From the IMG/VR virus record IMGVR_UViG_3300031673_000014, positions 1 through 64,000 of that record: DNA of 64,000 nt; one strand, 5' to 3'. Shown here piece by piece: positions 1 to 9,125 of this stretch (positions within the stretch are counted from its first letter, which is position 1; each line of letters starts with the position of its first letter). Made by a program: the position numbers and the translations under genes. The stretch is from a virus. The notes beneath the pieces are model-generated. The model searched no databases, was not told the DNA's origin, and was given only the letters and a program-made list of their open reading frames with translations.

Positions 1-2
1 CT

Positions 3-1082
3 TATTCTGGGAAAGAAGACCGGGGAGAAAAACAGGCAATCCGGAATGTAATGAAAAAGATTCAAAATGCTTCTTCTATGGAAGAACTTTCACAAATAGT
101 ATCTGAAAACATGTCCCGGTTTAAAGATGATTCTGGGAAGACCTTGCCGATAGTCGCTGATTTCCTGAGTGCTGCCCGGGGAACTACTGCAGGAGAGAAG
201 AAGAAAAAAGAATTTGATGGTCCATCGGCAACCGATCCAGAGCTTGCCAGAACAAGAAAAGTTCATGAAGGTAGAAGTCTATCTATAAACAAAATGAATC
301 TTGAAGAAGCTAAAAACAACCTTAAAGATGAAACCAGACCGGCAATGAAAGAAGCTTTAAAAACCGGGATTAAACAACTTGAAGAAGTAATTGCAGAAAA
401 AGAGAAAAAAAAATCTCCTAAAGCAAAACTTGAAGGTAAGATATATCAATTTGAATTTCCTACTAAAAAAAATGGCAAAGGGAAGTTTGGGGTTGCTATT
501 GGAGCTGATAAACCTATCTCAGAAGAAGATAAAAAGCAATTCGTTCTCGATACAATAAAAGAGGAAATGGGTAAAGAAGGGATTCCCCCGGAAGATTACG
601 ATGTTGACGAAAACTCATTAAAAGCAGAACTCATAGGTCATTATTTGAGAGTAGAAGCTAGTTTTTCTATATCCGACGAGTTAGGAAAGGAGATTCAAGG
701 TGATGCCTGGTCTCCTGATGAGGGCGTATCTCCGGAAACAGTCGCAAATATCGAAAAGTATAAATCTCCAGAAGCTTTAAAAAAACAGATTGATTCTGCA
801 ATTAAATCAAATGGATTAAACGCAAAAACAATGGGGTCCGGCGACTGGGATGATATTACAGATGAAATATTCGGTTCTTATTTTGAAAAGTGGGGAGAAT
901 TTAAGTTCAGCTTTGATGAGGCGACCGCCTATTTAAAAAACTTGTCTACAGGAATTCAAAAATCAAGAATAATCATAAAAGACGGTAGATTGTTAAAAGC
1001 AAAATACATCACTAAAAAAATGATTAATGGTAAGTGGGTCTATAAGTATCAAGAAGACAAGGGATTATCCGGAAAAAAGTAA
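3..1082 (+). CDS. Putative capsid-packaged (internal head) protein, 5'-truncated by window edge
   Basis: Frame is open from base 3 (YSGKEDRGEKQAIRNVMKKIQNAS..), matching the leader domain of ORFs 4434 and 13252; C-terminus has QKSRIIIK and LLKAK motifs. Confidence 0.6.
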   Translation, partial: YSGKEDRGEKQAIRNVMKKIQNASSMEELSQIVSENMSRFKDDSGKTLPIVADFLSAARGTTAGEKKKKEFDGPSATDPELARTRKVHEGRSLSINKMNLEEAKNNLKDETRPAMKEALKTGIKQLEEVIAEKEKKKSPKAKLEGKIYQFEFPTKKNGKGKFGVAIGADKPISEEDKKQFVLDTIKEEMGKEGIPPEDYDVDENSLKAELIGHYLRVEASFSISDELGKEIQGDAWSPDEGVSPETVANIEKYKSPEALKKQIDSAIKSNGLNAKTMGSGDWDDITDEIFGSYFEKWGEFKFSFDEATAYLKNLSTGIQKSRIIIKDGRLLKAKYITKKMINGKWVYKYQEDKGLSGKK

Positions 1083-1090
1083 GATCCCCT

Positions 1091-2662
1091 TTGAGTAAGG
1101 GGATTGAATTTAAAGGGTATTCCTCAATAACCAATCCCCCGGCTGAATACGATAGAAAGTATAAACTTCAGGACCGGATACAATGGAACGGTCTTGATAT
1201 AGCCATTGAAAACAAGAAAGGATCTTACCGGGAAGGAAAAGATAGAAACGGTAAACCATGGAAAACATTTATGAATTTTCCTTATGGCAGGATAACCGGG
1301 TCAAAAGCTGTTGATAATGAGGGCGTAGATTGTGTTTCTCCTGATACTAAAATATTGATGTCAGATTATACGGAAAAAGAGGCACAAGATATTCAAGTAG
1401 GTGATTTTTTGATAGGATCTGAGGAATCCCCTCAAGGTAGGGGTAGCCAAAGAAAGCAGAAAAAAACAGAGGTTACAGCTATAAAATCTGGAATTTCAAA
1501 AATGATGAAAATAACCATGGATGACGGAACCTATATTTCAACGACTCCAGGACATCTTCATTCATACCTGAGAACAAAAGACCAGAGATGGAAAAGGGCT
1601 GATGAGCTTAAAAAAGGTGATATATTAACACAAATATACAAAACGAATGAAAACAAAGAGAATGACAAATATAAAAAAGGATATCTAAATGGGGCATACA
1701 AAGGAGATGGTTGTATTCGCTTTTCTACCGACATAGGAAAAGCAGTCTATTGTAATATATCAAAGGGAATAGCAGGAAGAGAGGTTTTAGATAGAGTTAA
1801 GAGTTATTGGAAGGAATTTGGGATAGAGACTCCAGATATTATTATCTCAAAACCTTATCAAACAAAATCCCCGGTAGACGAAACAGGTCGAATCGTTGTT
1901 TCAACAAGTAATATTGCGAAATTAAATATTACCGGAAAACATAAAGTAGCCAAAGCTCAAACAGTATTGTCAGAGGAAATGATTGATGATTATGATTGGT
2001 GTAGAGGTTTTTTGTCCGGGTTTTATGATACTGATGGACATTTGAATGGAGGCTGGGGAGTTTCTATTTCTCAAGTAAAGGACCAAAAAAATGCATTCTT
2101 AATGGTTTCTAAAGCTCTTAATAATATAGGATTAAAAGCTTCTTTGTATAAATCTAGCCCTGAGATTAGAATTAGCTCAAATAACTGGAAAGGATCTGAT
2201 ATAGCTCCATTAACGTTTGTTATGAGTGTCGCTCCTGCTGTAAAATATAAAAGAGATTTTACAGGAATATCGCTTAGGTTTCAAAAAAGGAAAATAATAA
2301 ACATAGAAGAGTATGATGGTTATTATATAGCTATAGAAACTTCTCTTGGGACATTTATTGCTAATGGCTACTTCACACACAACTGTTATGTTGGACCGGA
2401 TGATTTATCTGATACCGTTTATGTAGTTCATCAAAACGATCCATTGACGGGGCGCTATGATGAAGATAAAGTCCTTATAAATATGGTATCAAAAGAATCG
2501 GCAATAGAAGCTTATCTCTCACAATATGATAATCCTGACTTCCTGGGATCGGTCTCGGAATTCTCCATAGAGGAATTTAAACAAGCTCTTAAAGATAAGA
2601 AAGGAATTATGTTATATCAGTCTCCATTAGAGATGAGAAAAAGAATTATAATAAAGAGGTAA
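1091..2662 (+). CDS. Inorganic-pyrophosphatase-like (polyvalent-protein InPase) domain interrupted by an intein
   Basis: Exteins read GLDIAIENKKGSYREGKD..W...M..PYG.I.GS.AVDNEGVD|CYVGP....VYVVHQ.DP..G.YDEDKV, the InPase family pattern. Confidence 0.8.
   Translation: MSKGIEFKGYSSITNPPAEYDRKYKLQDRIQWNGLDIAIENKKGSYREGKDRNGKPWKTFMNFPYGRITGSKAVDNEGVDCVSPDTKILMSDYTEKEAQDIQVGDFLIGSEESPQGRGSQRKQKKTEVTAIKSGISKMMKITMDDGTYISTTPGHLHSYLRTKDQRWKRADELKKGDILTQIYKTNENKENDKYKKGYLNGAYKGDGCIRFSTDIGKAVYCNISKGIAGREVLDRVKSYWKEFGIETPDIIISKPYQTKSPVDETGRIVVSTSNIAKLNITGKHKVAKAQTVLSEEMIDDYDWCRGFLSGFYDTDGHLNGGWGVSISQVKDQKNAFLMVSKALNNIGLKASLYKSSPEIRISSNNWKGSDIAPLTFVMSVAPAVKYKRDFTGISLRFQKRKIINIEEYDGYYIAIETSLGTFIANGYFTHNCYVGPDDLSDTVYVVHQNDPLTGRYDEDKVLINMVSKESAIEAYLSQYDNPDFLGSVSEFSIEEFKQALKDKKGIMLYQSPLEMRKRIIIKR
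1331..2383 (+). mobile_element. Intein (351 aa) with LAGLIDADG homing endonuclease
   Basis: Starts CVSPDTKILMSD, block B TPGH, LAGLIDADG motifs YLNGAYKGDG and FLSGFYDTDG, ends FIANGYFTHN followed by +1 Cys. Confidence 0.93.
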
Positions 2663-2666
2663 TAAT

Positions 2667-3839
2667 ATGGAAGAAAAATTTACAGACGTAGGGAATCTAC
2701 AAGAATTAGTAAAATTCAATAAGGGGCTTCAGGTCTCTGCCTTTGGGGATCTTTCTATCGCTCAATTTGAACCTCTTGCATCGTGGACTTTTGCTTACAA
2801 TATCAACCCTCTTTTAATCAGACAAGAGATTACATCTACTGGAACTGTAACTAACGACGAGTCTTCGGCTGTTTTAGAAACTGGTGTCGCCGCAGACGGT
2901 AAAGCCAAAATAGAGACTGTAAAATCATCTCGGTACATCCCCGGGATAGGTGGTTTGGCACGATGGACAACGGTTTATGATGAACCGAAAGCTAATAGTA
3001 GGCAAGTTCAAGGTTTAATTAACTCTGTTGATGGTTGGGGTTTTGGGTATGATGGTTTGAAATTTGGAGTTGTCAGAATAAAGGATGATGTTAAATATTG
3101 GATCTATCAAGATGAATGGAATATTGATAAAAAACCAAACTTAAATCAGCAAAAAGGGAATGTTTATCAAGTTTCACACCAATGGCTAGGGTATGGTATC
3201 CAGGTGTTCTCTATGGAAGACGAAATGGGGGTTTTATCGCCTGTTCATGCTATTTATTATGCCAATTATAATGATTATGTTAGTATCTCGAACCCCAACT
3301 TACCACTGTCTGCATGTGTTGAGAATTTAGGAAACACAACAAATATTAAGTTAAAATCTCCTTCTGCTGTAGCTGGATTGTTAGGAAATGCATATAACGA
3401 CTCTTTCGCCGTATATTTAGCTGATGATGTTGAAAAAGCTGTTTCTTCAGGAACATTGATCCCGTTAATATCTTTTAGGCTTGGGGATTTGTACAAAGGG
3501 AAAGAAAATAGACTGTTTGCTCAGGCTATAAGATTGATCGCTGCTACCGACCTCAATAAATCGGCAACTATCCGGGCTTATTCCGGGGGAACAATAACAG
3601 GAGGAGCCTGGAATTATCTTTTTGAAGAAGGGGCTCCCATAGAGAGTAATAAAACATTCACTTCGTATGCCCCTGGGTTATTAGTAGGATCTTTCCCTTT
3701 TAGTAAAGTTGATTCTTATCCAGTAGATTTGGAGAGTTCCAAATTTAAACTTTTCGCCGGTCAAACAGTAACCTTAGTCGTTGACACAACAGGATTAGGA
3801 ACAATTACGGTAGGGACAAATTGGAAAAATTTCATGTAG
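2667..3839 (+). CDS. Beta-rich putative virion structural protein
   Basis: 390 aa, Gly/Thr/Val-rich, lectin-like character (RYIPGIG..WGFGYDG..QWLGYG); no catalytic motif seen. Confidence 0.4.
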   Translation: MEEKFTDVGNLQELVKFNKGLQVSAFGDLSIAQFEPLASWTFAYNINPLLIRQEITSTGTVTNDESSAVLETGVAADGKAKIETVKSSRYIPGIGGLARWTTVYDEPKANSRQVQGLINSVDGWGFGYDGLKFGVVRIKDDVKYWIYQDEWNIDKKPNLNQQKGNVYQVSHQWLGYGIQVFSMEDEMGVLSPVHAIYYANYNDYVSISNPNLPLSACVENLGNTTNIKLKSPSAVAGLLGNAYNDSFAVYLADDVEKAVSSGTLIPLISFRLGDLYKGKENRLFAQAIRLIAATDLNKSATIRAYSGGTITGGAWNYLFEEGAPIESNKTFTSYAPGLLVGSFPFSKVDSYPVDLESSKFKLFAGQTVTLVVDTTGLGTITVGTNWKNFM

Positions 3840-3849
3840 GAGATGATTA

Positions 3850-4437
3850 ATGCCTAGAAATATTATGTTATTAAACCCAGAAGATTATTATACTCAAAGA
3901 AATAATAGGTTTGAACCATACGGGGCTTGTATGAACACCGCGAGGGTAATGTTTTATATTGCAGCCAGGATACCGTATAGCAACCCGACAGGGCTTTCAG
4001 ACGATGATTACTTCTTCACTATGCTGAATACTTCCGACGCAAAAGAATTTGCTTTGAGAAAATATCCTAATTTGTCTGATTACCCACCACAGGAAATACA
4101 CGGAATGTATGGAAGTTATCTTGATAAGGTTTTAACAGGTAAGAGAAGAACTGATTTTAGAACTGATCTTACTTGGAACCGCTTTGTTTTTGAACTTAAA
4201 CATGGTAATCCTGTAATGACTTCCGGAAAATTCCCCGGATTAGACGGCCATGCTTTTGTGTTTGTCGGTTATGACGAGAAGACCGATGAATTGATTGCAG
4301 CCGATCCCTGGGGGAATCCTCACCTCGGATACAAAAGTCCTGAAGGTCAAAAAGGCTATGGAATAAGATATAATAGAAAATATTTCAACGAACATGTTAA
4401 ACCGGGAGAGAACAAATGGGGACATATTCTGCTATGA
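3850..4437 (+). CDS. C39-like cysteine peptidase, probable endolysin
   Basis: YYTQRNN..GAC, GHAFVFVGYD, DPWG catalytic pattern; holin- and spanin-like genes nearby. Confidence 0.7.
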   Translation: MPRNIMLLNPEDYYTQRNNRFEPYGACMNTARVMFYIAARIPYSNPTGLSDDDYFFTMLNTSDAKEFALRKYPNLSDYPPQEIHGMYGSYLDKVLTGKRRTDFRTDLTWNRFVFELKHGNPVMTSGKFPGLDGHAFVFVGYDEKTDELIAADPWGNPHLGYKSPEGQKGYGIRYNRKYFNEHVKPGENKWGHILL

Positions 4438-6323
4438 AAGACTTAAATTACTGGAAGAAAAAAATACTTGATACTTTAAAAAGTGATGTTACCGAAAAGT
4501 CTATTGAAGATATACCCGGAGCCAGACTGGAAAAATCAAGGGGCTTGCCTCCCGGAACAATTCGGGAATGGGGCGGTAAAAAATATAAAAAGCTTTCTTC
4601 CGGAAAGTGGATGAGAACTTATACCGGGACCGGTGAACGTGGAGAACTTCAGGCTAAACGAAATGTAATGAGCAAAATACAGAAAGCCGACTCAATGGAA
4701 GCTTTGCTCAGTGTCGTAAGAGATAACCGGGAAAGGTTTGTTGACGAGTCCGGCCATGCTATCCCTGCAGTAAAAGAATTCCTCGATGCGGCAAGGGCTA
4801 CTCCCCCTGGGGAACGTAAAAAGAAAGTTGTTCCTGTTGAAAAAAGAAATCAGGCAGTTGATGATATAGCCAAAAAAACAGGAATTACACCGGAAAAAGT
4901 CAACGAGATAGTTGATAAGTTTAAAAAAGATAATCCCGGTAAAAAAGTAAATATCGATACTGCATACAGAGCCATTGCAGATCATTTCGGAAGTAAAGCC
5001 GGAGAGCTGGAATCTAAAATACAAACTCTTAAAAAAGATAAACCGGCAAAAAAAGAAAAAGCCAACGATAAATCAGTTCAGAAGATAAGGGATAATTACG
5101 AATCAGGACCATCTTTTACCGGTAATACCGATGATATATATGTCGGAAAAGAAGAAATAGCCGGAACATGGAAACTGGTCGAATCTTCAGCGCCAACTGC
5201 CAGTCATGATGAGAAAACCTTTAATAAGACTGAGAACTTCCCGAAAGGTAAAGACGGGGCTACAATAAACGATAGGGATTATGAGAAAGATAAGGATGCT
5301 CAATTAGCTGTAAACTCCATAGCGAGCCAATTTGACGGCAGGGCGTTAAGTTTTGATTCTCCTGTTGTCGTAACAAAAGACGGTGTTGTTATTTCAGGAA
5401 ATAACCGGACAATGAGCAGTAAAATTGCTGCCCGGAAAGGAACTGACAAGAAATATATCGAAGCATTGAAAAAAAGAGCTGACAGATTCGGGTTTGATCC
5501 CAAAGATATAGACAAATTTAAAAATCCCCGTGTTGTTTTTGAGATAGATTCTAAAGAAGATTATTCAACAGAACAGTTTGCCAAATTCAATGAGACCGGG
5601 ACAAAGGCAATGAGCCCGATTGAGTCTGCAGTAAAAATGTCTAAAATAATCAATGATGATGTAGTCAAAAGTGTTGCCGACAAGATTCAGGAATTCGATA
5701 CCCTGGGGGAACTATATGCAGACAAGAAAGCTTCCAATGATGTTTTCAACTCTCTCCAGAAAGGTGGCATTATAAATGAATTTACCCGTCCTCAGTATGT
5801 GACAGAAGAGGGGATAACCGGAGCCGGAAAAGAATTTCTTGAAACTGTAATGATCGGATCGGTTGTCAGTGAAGCAAATATAAGAGGATTGAACCGTGAA
5901 GGGGCTAAATCTATCCGTAAGAAGTTAGTTAGAGCCATAACACCATTAGTCAGGAATAAGGGCTTAGGTGGCTATTCTGTAACCGATGAGCTTAACCGGG
6001 CAATAGATGTTTCGATGCAAGTGAAGTTACAGAAAGACAAGTTTTCTTCCATAGATGATTTTGCTAATCAGTCTTCTCTTTTCGAGGCGAAAGATGATGT
6101 CGCGATTGAATTTGCTAAAAAACTGGAAATGAAGGAAAAAGACTTTGCTGATTTTATGCAGAAAATGAATGCTAATTTAGAAGTCGGAGCCAGTGGTCAG
6201 GCTGATATGTTCTTCGGAGATGTGGAGACAAAAGAACAAGTTCTTGACCGGATGCTGAAAAAGGCTTTAGATATATTTAACAGAATGAAAAAATCAAGAA
6301 TAGTAATAAGGAGTAGAAAGTGA
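4434..6323 (+). CDS. Putative packaged protein with DdrB-like ParB domain
   Basis: NDRDY...SPVVVTKDGVVISGNNRTM motif; shared N-terminal leader; start placed at the ATGA overlap with the upstream stop (track start 4416). Confidence 0.7.
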   Translation: MKDLNYWKKKILDTLKSDVTEKSIEDIPGARLEKSRGLPPGTIREWGGKKYKKLSSGKWMRTYTGTGERGELQAKRNVMSKIQKADSMEALLSVVRDNRERFVDESGHAIPAVKEFLDAARATPPGERKKKVVPVEKRNQAVDDIAKKTGITPEKVNEIVDKFKKDNPGKKVNIDTAYRAIADHFGSKAGELESKIQTLKKDKPAKKEKANDKSVQKIRDNYESGPSFTGNTDDIYVGKEEIAGTWKLVESSAPTASHDEKTFNKTENFPKGKDGATINDRDYEKDKDAQLAVNSIASQFDGRALSFDSPVVVTKDGVVISGNNRTMSSKIAARKGTDKKYIEALKKRADRFGFDPKDIDKFKNPRVVFEIDSKEDYSTEQFAKFNETGTKAMSPIESAVKMSKIINDDVVKSVADKIQEFDTLGELYADKKASNDVFNSLQKGGIINEFTRPQYVTEEGITGAGKEFLETVMIGSVVSEANIRGLNREGAKSIRKKLVRAITPLVRNKGLGGYSVTDELNRAIDVSMQVKLQKDKFSSIDDFANQSSLFEAKDDVAIEFAKKLEMKEKDFADFMQKMNANLEVGASGQADMFFGDVETKEQVLDRMLKKALDIFNRMKKSRIVIRSRK

Positions 6324-6712
6324 AAAATGTATTATTTGTATGGATACCATTGGTATTATTGGCCTTATCGATATTGGCAATGGCAATTATGACGTTTCCG
6401 GTCCCGATCTCAGGGGCTATCATGTTAGCCGGTTCAAGTGTGGCTCTTTATGTTGGCGGTAAGAGCTTTGGAGTGTATCAGGGAGCAAAACTGCAACCGA
6501 AAGGGCAAGGTGTTGACCAAAAAGTAAAAGATAAGCTTATGGCAATCCTCATAGCAATATATGTAATAATTTTAGAAGCTTTGATTGTTCAATACATAAA
6601 ACCGGATATAATTGTTCCATTGGATGAATTATTTAATATGGCTGCAGTTGCTTCCGGGGCGTGTCTCGGTGGTGGTCAGGCTATAAAATCGGCTGAAAGA
6701 CAGGGTAACTAA
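6320..6712 (+). CDS. Multi-TM membrane protein, holin candidate
   Basis: 130 aa with 3-4 hydrophobic segments, near endolysin. Confidence 0.5.
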   Translation: MKNVLFVWIPLVLLALSILAMAIMTFPVPISGAIMLAGSSVALYVGGKSFGVYQGAKLQPKGQGVDQKVKDKLMAILIAIYVIILEALIVQYIKPDIIVPLDELFNMAAVASGACLGGGQAIKSAERQGN

Positions 6713-6713
6713 T

Positions 6714-7067
6714 ATGGAATGGCTTGAATATAAAGACTTTTTAATAATAACAGGATTATCTTTTCTTCAGGCCGGAACATTAATTTATATCAAAGTTCAG
6801 GCTCAGGTTTATATCTGGGGTAGAATGCTTGATATTTTAAAAGACAATAGATCAAGAAATACCGTGGCTTTATTGTCTACAATTCTATTTACAGTGTTTT
6901 ATCAATATTCATTAACAACAAAAAATCCCACATTTATATTTATGTGGGATTTCCTGAACTGGTTTTCAATGGCAATAATTATTTATGTATTGCTCGGGTT
7001 TAGATTGTTTACCCGGGTAGATTCTATCCTGGATATTAAATTTGGCAAGGATAAAAAAGAGAAATAG
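6714..7067 (+). CDS. 3-TM membrane protein, holin candidate
   Basis: Three hydrophobic segments and a basic C-terminal tail (GKDKKEK). Confidence 0.5.
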   Translation: MEWLEYKDFLIITGLSFLQAGTLIYIKVQAQVYIWGRMLDILKDNRSRNTVALLSTILFTVFYQYSLTTKNPTFIFMWDFLNWFSMAIIIYVLLGFRLFTRVDSILDIKFGKDKKEK

Positions 7068-7069
7068 TT

Positions 7070-7444
7070 TTATTCTGGTATTGTCGGTATTACAGAAATA
7101 TCAAGATACCATTGCTTGTCCTGTTCCCATTCTTTATCTCCAAATATAGGGAAACTTCTTCTCATTTCAAGAATGTACGAATATCTTCCATGAGGAAAAC
7201 AATATTTTTGTTTTTCTGTTAAAGGCATAATTGAAGCATGAAGATAATCTGCAAATTCTTCTATCATAGAATCAACGGTTCCAAATAATACATTCCAAGG
7301 TATTGCAATTAAATCCATGTCACGATTCATAGATCCATGAATTACAAGGTTATATCCATATCTTTTTGCGATTATTTTAAGTTCTTCAAAACAATATGTA
7401 TAAAAACTTGGCTTTACGTGAATAGATTTATCCATATCTTTCAT
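7070..7444 (-). CDS. Minimal nucleotidyltransferase-like phage protein
   Basis: HGSMNRDMDLIAIPW resembles the Pol-beta NTase GS..DxD motif; later YLDISV. Confidence 0.45.
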   Translation of the reverse strand: MKDMDKSIHVKPSFYTYCFEELKIIAKRYGYNLVIHGSMNRDMDLIAIPWNVLFGTVDSMIEEFADYLHASIMPLTEKQKYCFPHGRYSYILEMRRSFPIFGDKEWEQDKQWYLDISVIPTIPE

Positions 7445-7594
7445 TTTATATGACTCGCTTTAAATGTTTTAGAAAAATAATACCCTGTATAATCTTGAAA
7501 ATATGGGTTATTAGGATCATCAACTTTCTTTTGCATTTCTATGGCTTCTTTTTTAGACATCATCCGAAATGAACCTTTAAATGTTTTTTTCAAC

Positions 7595-7891
7595 TCATCC
7601 CCCCTGTTTTTCATCTATTTCCTTTTTCTTCATATCCCTCTCAGGGCGTGACATCTTGAGGTCTTCAGGAGATAGATATCCTTCGTTGCAAGTTTCACAC
7701 CATGTACCCATCTGATCGTATTTGAAAGATACACCTTTCCATGAATGTTCTACGTTTCGGACTTCTTTAATAGCATTATTCCCACACGATGGACATTGTG
7801 TAATCTTTTTAGCCTGTTCTGTGACATCTTCATAAATACCATCTTCTTTCAAGAAATCATCAAAAGATGAACCTATGTTTTTCTTATTCAT
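7595..7891 (-). CDS. YgiT/MqsA-type zinc-finger protein with antitoxin-like N-terminus
   Basis: CPSCG...WCETCNEGYLS; N-terminus IGSSFDDFLKEDG. Confidence 0.6.
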   Translation of the reverse strand: MNKKNIGSSFDDFLKEDGIYEDVTEQAKKITQCPSCGNNAIKEVRNVEHSWKGVSFKYDQMGTWCETCNEGYLSPEDLKMSRPERDMKKKEIDEKQGG

Positions 7892-7911
7892 TTTAATCCC
7901 TTCCTTTTTAA

Positions 7912-8130
7912 TTACAGATTTCCCCTATAGTTACCAACCGCCTGTCTTAGATTATCATAAAACATTTGATTGTATTCTCTTCTAATGGTCTTAAATTCAT
8001 CAAATATAAACTTAGGCAACCATAGTAAATAACCTTCTTCAGTCTTTACCCGGTAAGCTTTCTCAGTCTGAGAATAGAAAGAGAACTCGATATTACATCC
8101 TGTTCCCCCGAATCCTATATACTCAGACAT
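7912..8130 (-). CDS. Hypothetical protein
   Basis: 72 aa with RBS; TEKAY..WLPK motif common in small phage proteins. Confidence 0.5.
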   Translation of the reverse strand: MSEYIGFGGTGCNIEFSFYSQTEKAYRVKTEEGYLLWLPKFIFDEFKTIRREYNQMFYDNLRQAVGNYRGNL

Positions 8131-8134
8131 GATT

Positions 8135-8329
8135 TTACTCCTTTATAGGCAGTCCTAAAGTGTTTAATCTAAAAAATAATAAATCCTGGACATACCCCGG
8201 GGGAACTCTTCTTCCAGTTTCCCATGAGTATAAAGTGTTTTCTGGAATGCCAGTGTTTTTGATTACATACTCCCTAGACCATCCCCTGTTGCCGATATAC
8301 TCTGTCAATTTTTCACTAAAGTCTGTCAA
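8135..8329 (-). CDS. XRE-family HTH regulator
   Basis: TGIPENTLYSWETGRRVPP helix-turn-helix. Confidence 0.8.
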   Translation of the reverse strand: MTDFSEKLTEYIGNRGWSREYVIKNTGIPENTLYSWETGRRVPPGYVQDLLFFRLNTLGLPIKE

Positions 8330-8350
8330 TTTATCCCTCTTGATATTTAC

Positions 8351-8418
8351 ATTGTAAGTTTATTGTATTGTCATTGTCAAGATAAATATTGACAATGTGA
8401 ATACCGAGGCTATATACT
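8351..8418. promoter_or_regulatory. Divergent sigma70-type promoters with palindromic back-to-back -35 boxes
   Basis: CATTGTCAA-N8-TTGACAATG (8372-8397); rightward TTGACA-N18-TATACT; leftward TTGACA-N18-TACAAT. Confidence 0.65.
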
Positions 8419-8440
8419 TGAGTTAATAAAAGGAGAAGAT

Positions 8441-8584
8441 ATGAAGTGCAATAATATATATTGTGAAAGAAATGACAATATTCAAATATCTGGATGTAGA
8501 ATAAAAGAATGCAATACTGATAAATGTATAGTAAACAAAAGATTTAAAGAACGTGAAAGGTTTCCAACCAATAAGACTAAGTAA
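8441..8584 (+). CDS. Small Cys-rich protein (47 aa, not in ORF track)
   Basis: AGGAGA RBS; MKCNNIYCERNDNIQISGCRIKECNTDKC.. Confidence 0.55.
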   Translation: MKCNNIYCERNDNIQISGCRIKECNTDKCIVNKRFKERERFPTNKTK

Positions 8585-8632
8585 TACATTTATAACTGTT
8601 TACTATAATAGAGTTAATAGGAGATAAACAAA

Positions 8633-8836
8633 ATAGCAGTAGAGAATCTGGTGGAAGGATTACACAAAGAGATATTGAGATGTACTGAACTTGTTAAACT
8701 ATATGAAGAAATACCAAATGGAATGTATGGTGCTTTAATGATTAAACATGCAATAAAAGAAGGTAGTGAAGCTCTATACTCTGGTGATGTTATTGAGATG
8801 CTCAGGTGCTTTAAAGAACTAAAAGAGTGTGAATAA
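8633..8836 (+). CDS. Small cassette protein, apparent ATA start
   Basis: RBS AGGAGA is positioned for ATA at 8633, in frame with the track GTG at 8651. Confidence 0.55.
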   Translation: MAVENLVEGLHKEILRCTELVKLYEEIPNGMYGALMIKHAIKEGSEALYSGDVIEMLRCFKELKECE

Positions 8837-9069
8837 CATGAAAGATGAGAATATGTGAAAAAGGAATAGGAAAATGAAGTATATCATAATGTTTGGATCG
8901 TGGGGAATTATGTCAGGCTCTAAATATAAGTATTCAAGAGTTGGATATATACATATCCCTTATATTTTTGGAGGTGTTTCAATACCGATTCCAATTGTAA
9001 AACGTGAAAAAATTGTATAATAAAAAACAACTATTGCAATTATCTAAAATGATGTTATACTTTATGTAT

Positions 9070-9120
9070 CCCTGAAAGGTGCTCGTAACACCGATTAGGG
9101 GAAATCATTTCTTACGAGGG
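9070..9120 (+). promoter_or_regulatory. Leader hairpin/pseudoknot occluding the RBS
   Basis: GGTG-CTCGTAA-CACC hairpin; loop is complementary to TTACGAG (9112-9118), which overlaps the GAGGG RBS. Confidence 0.65.
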
Positions 9121-9125
9121 ACAAT

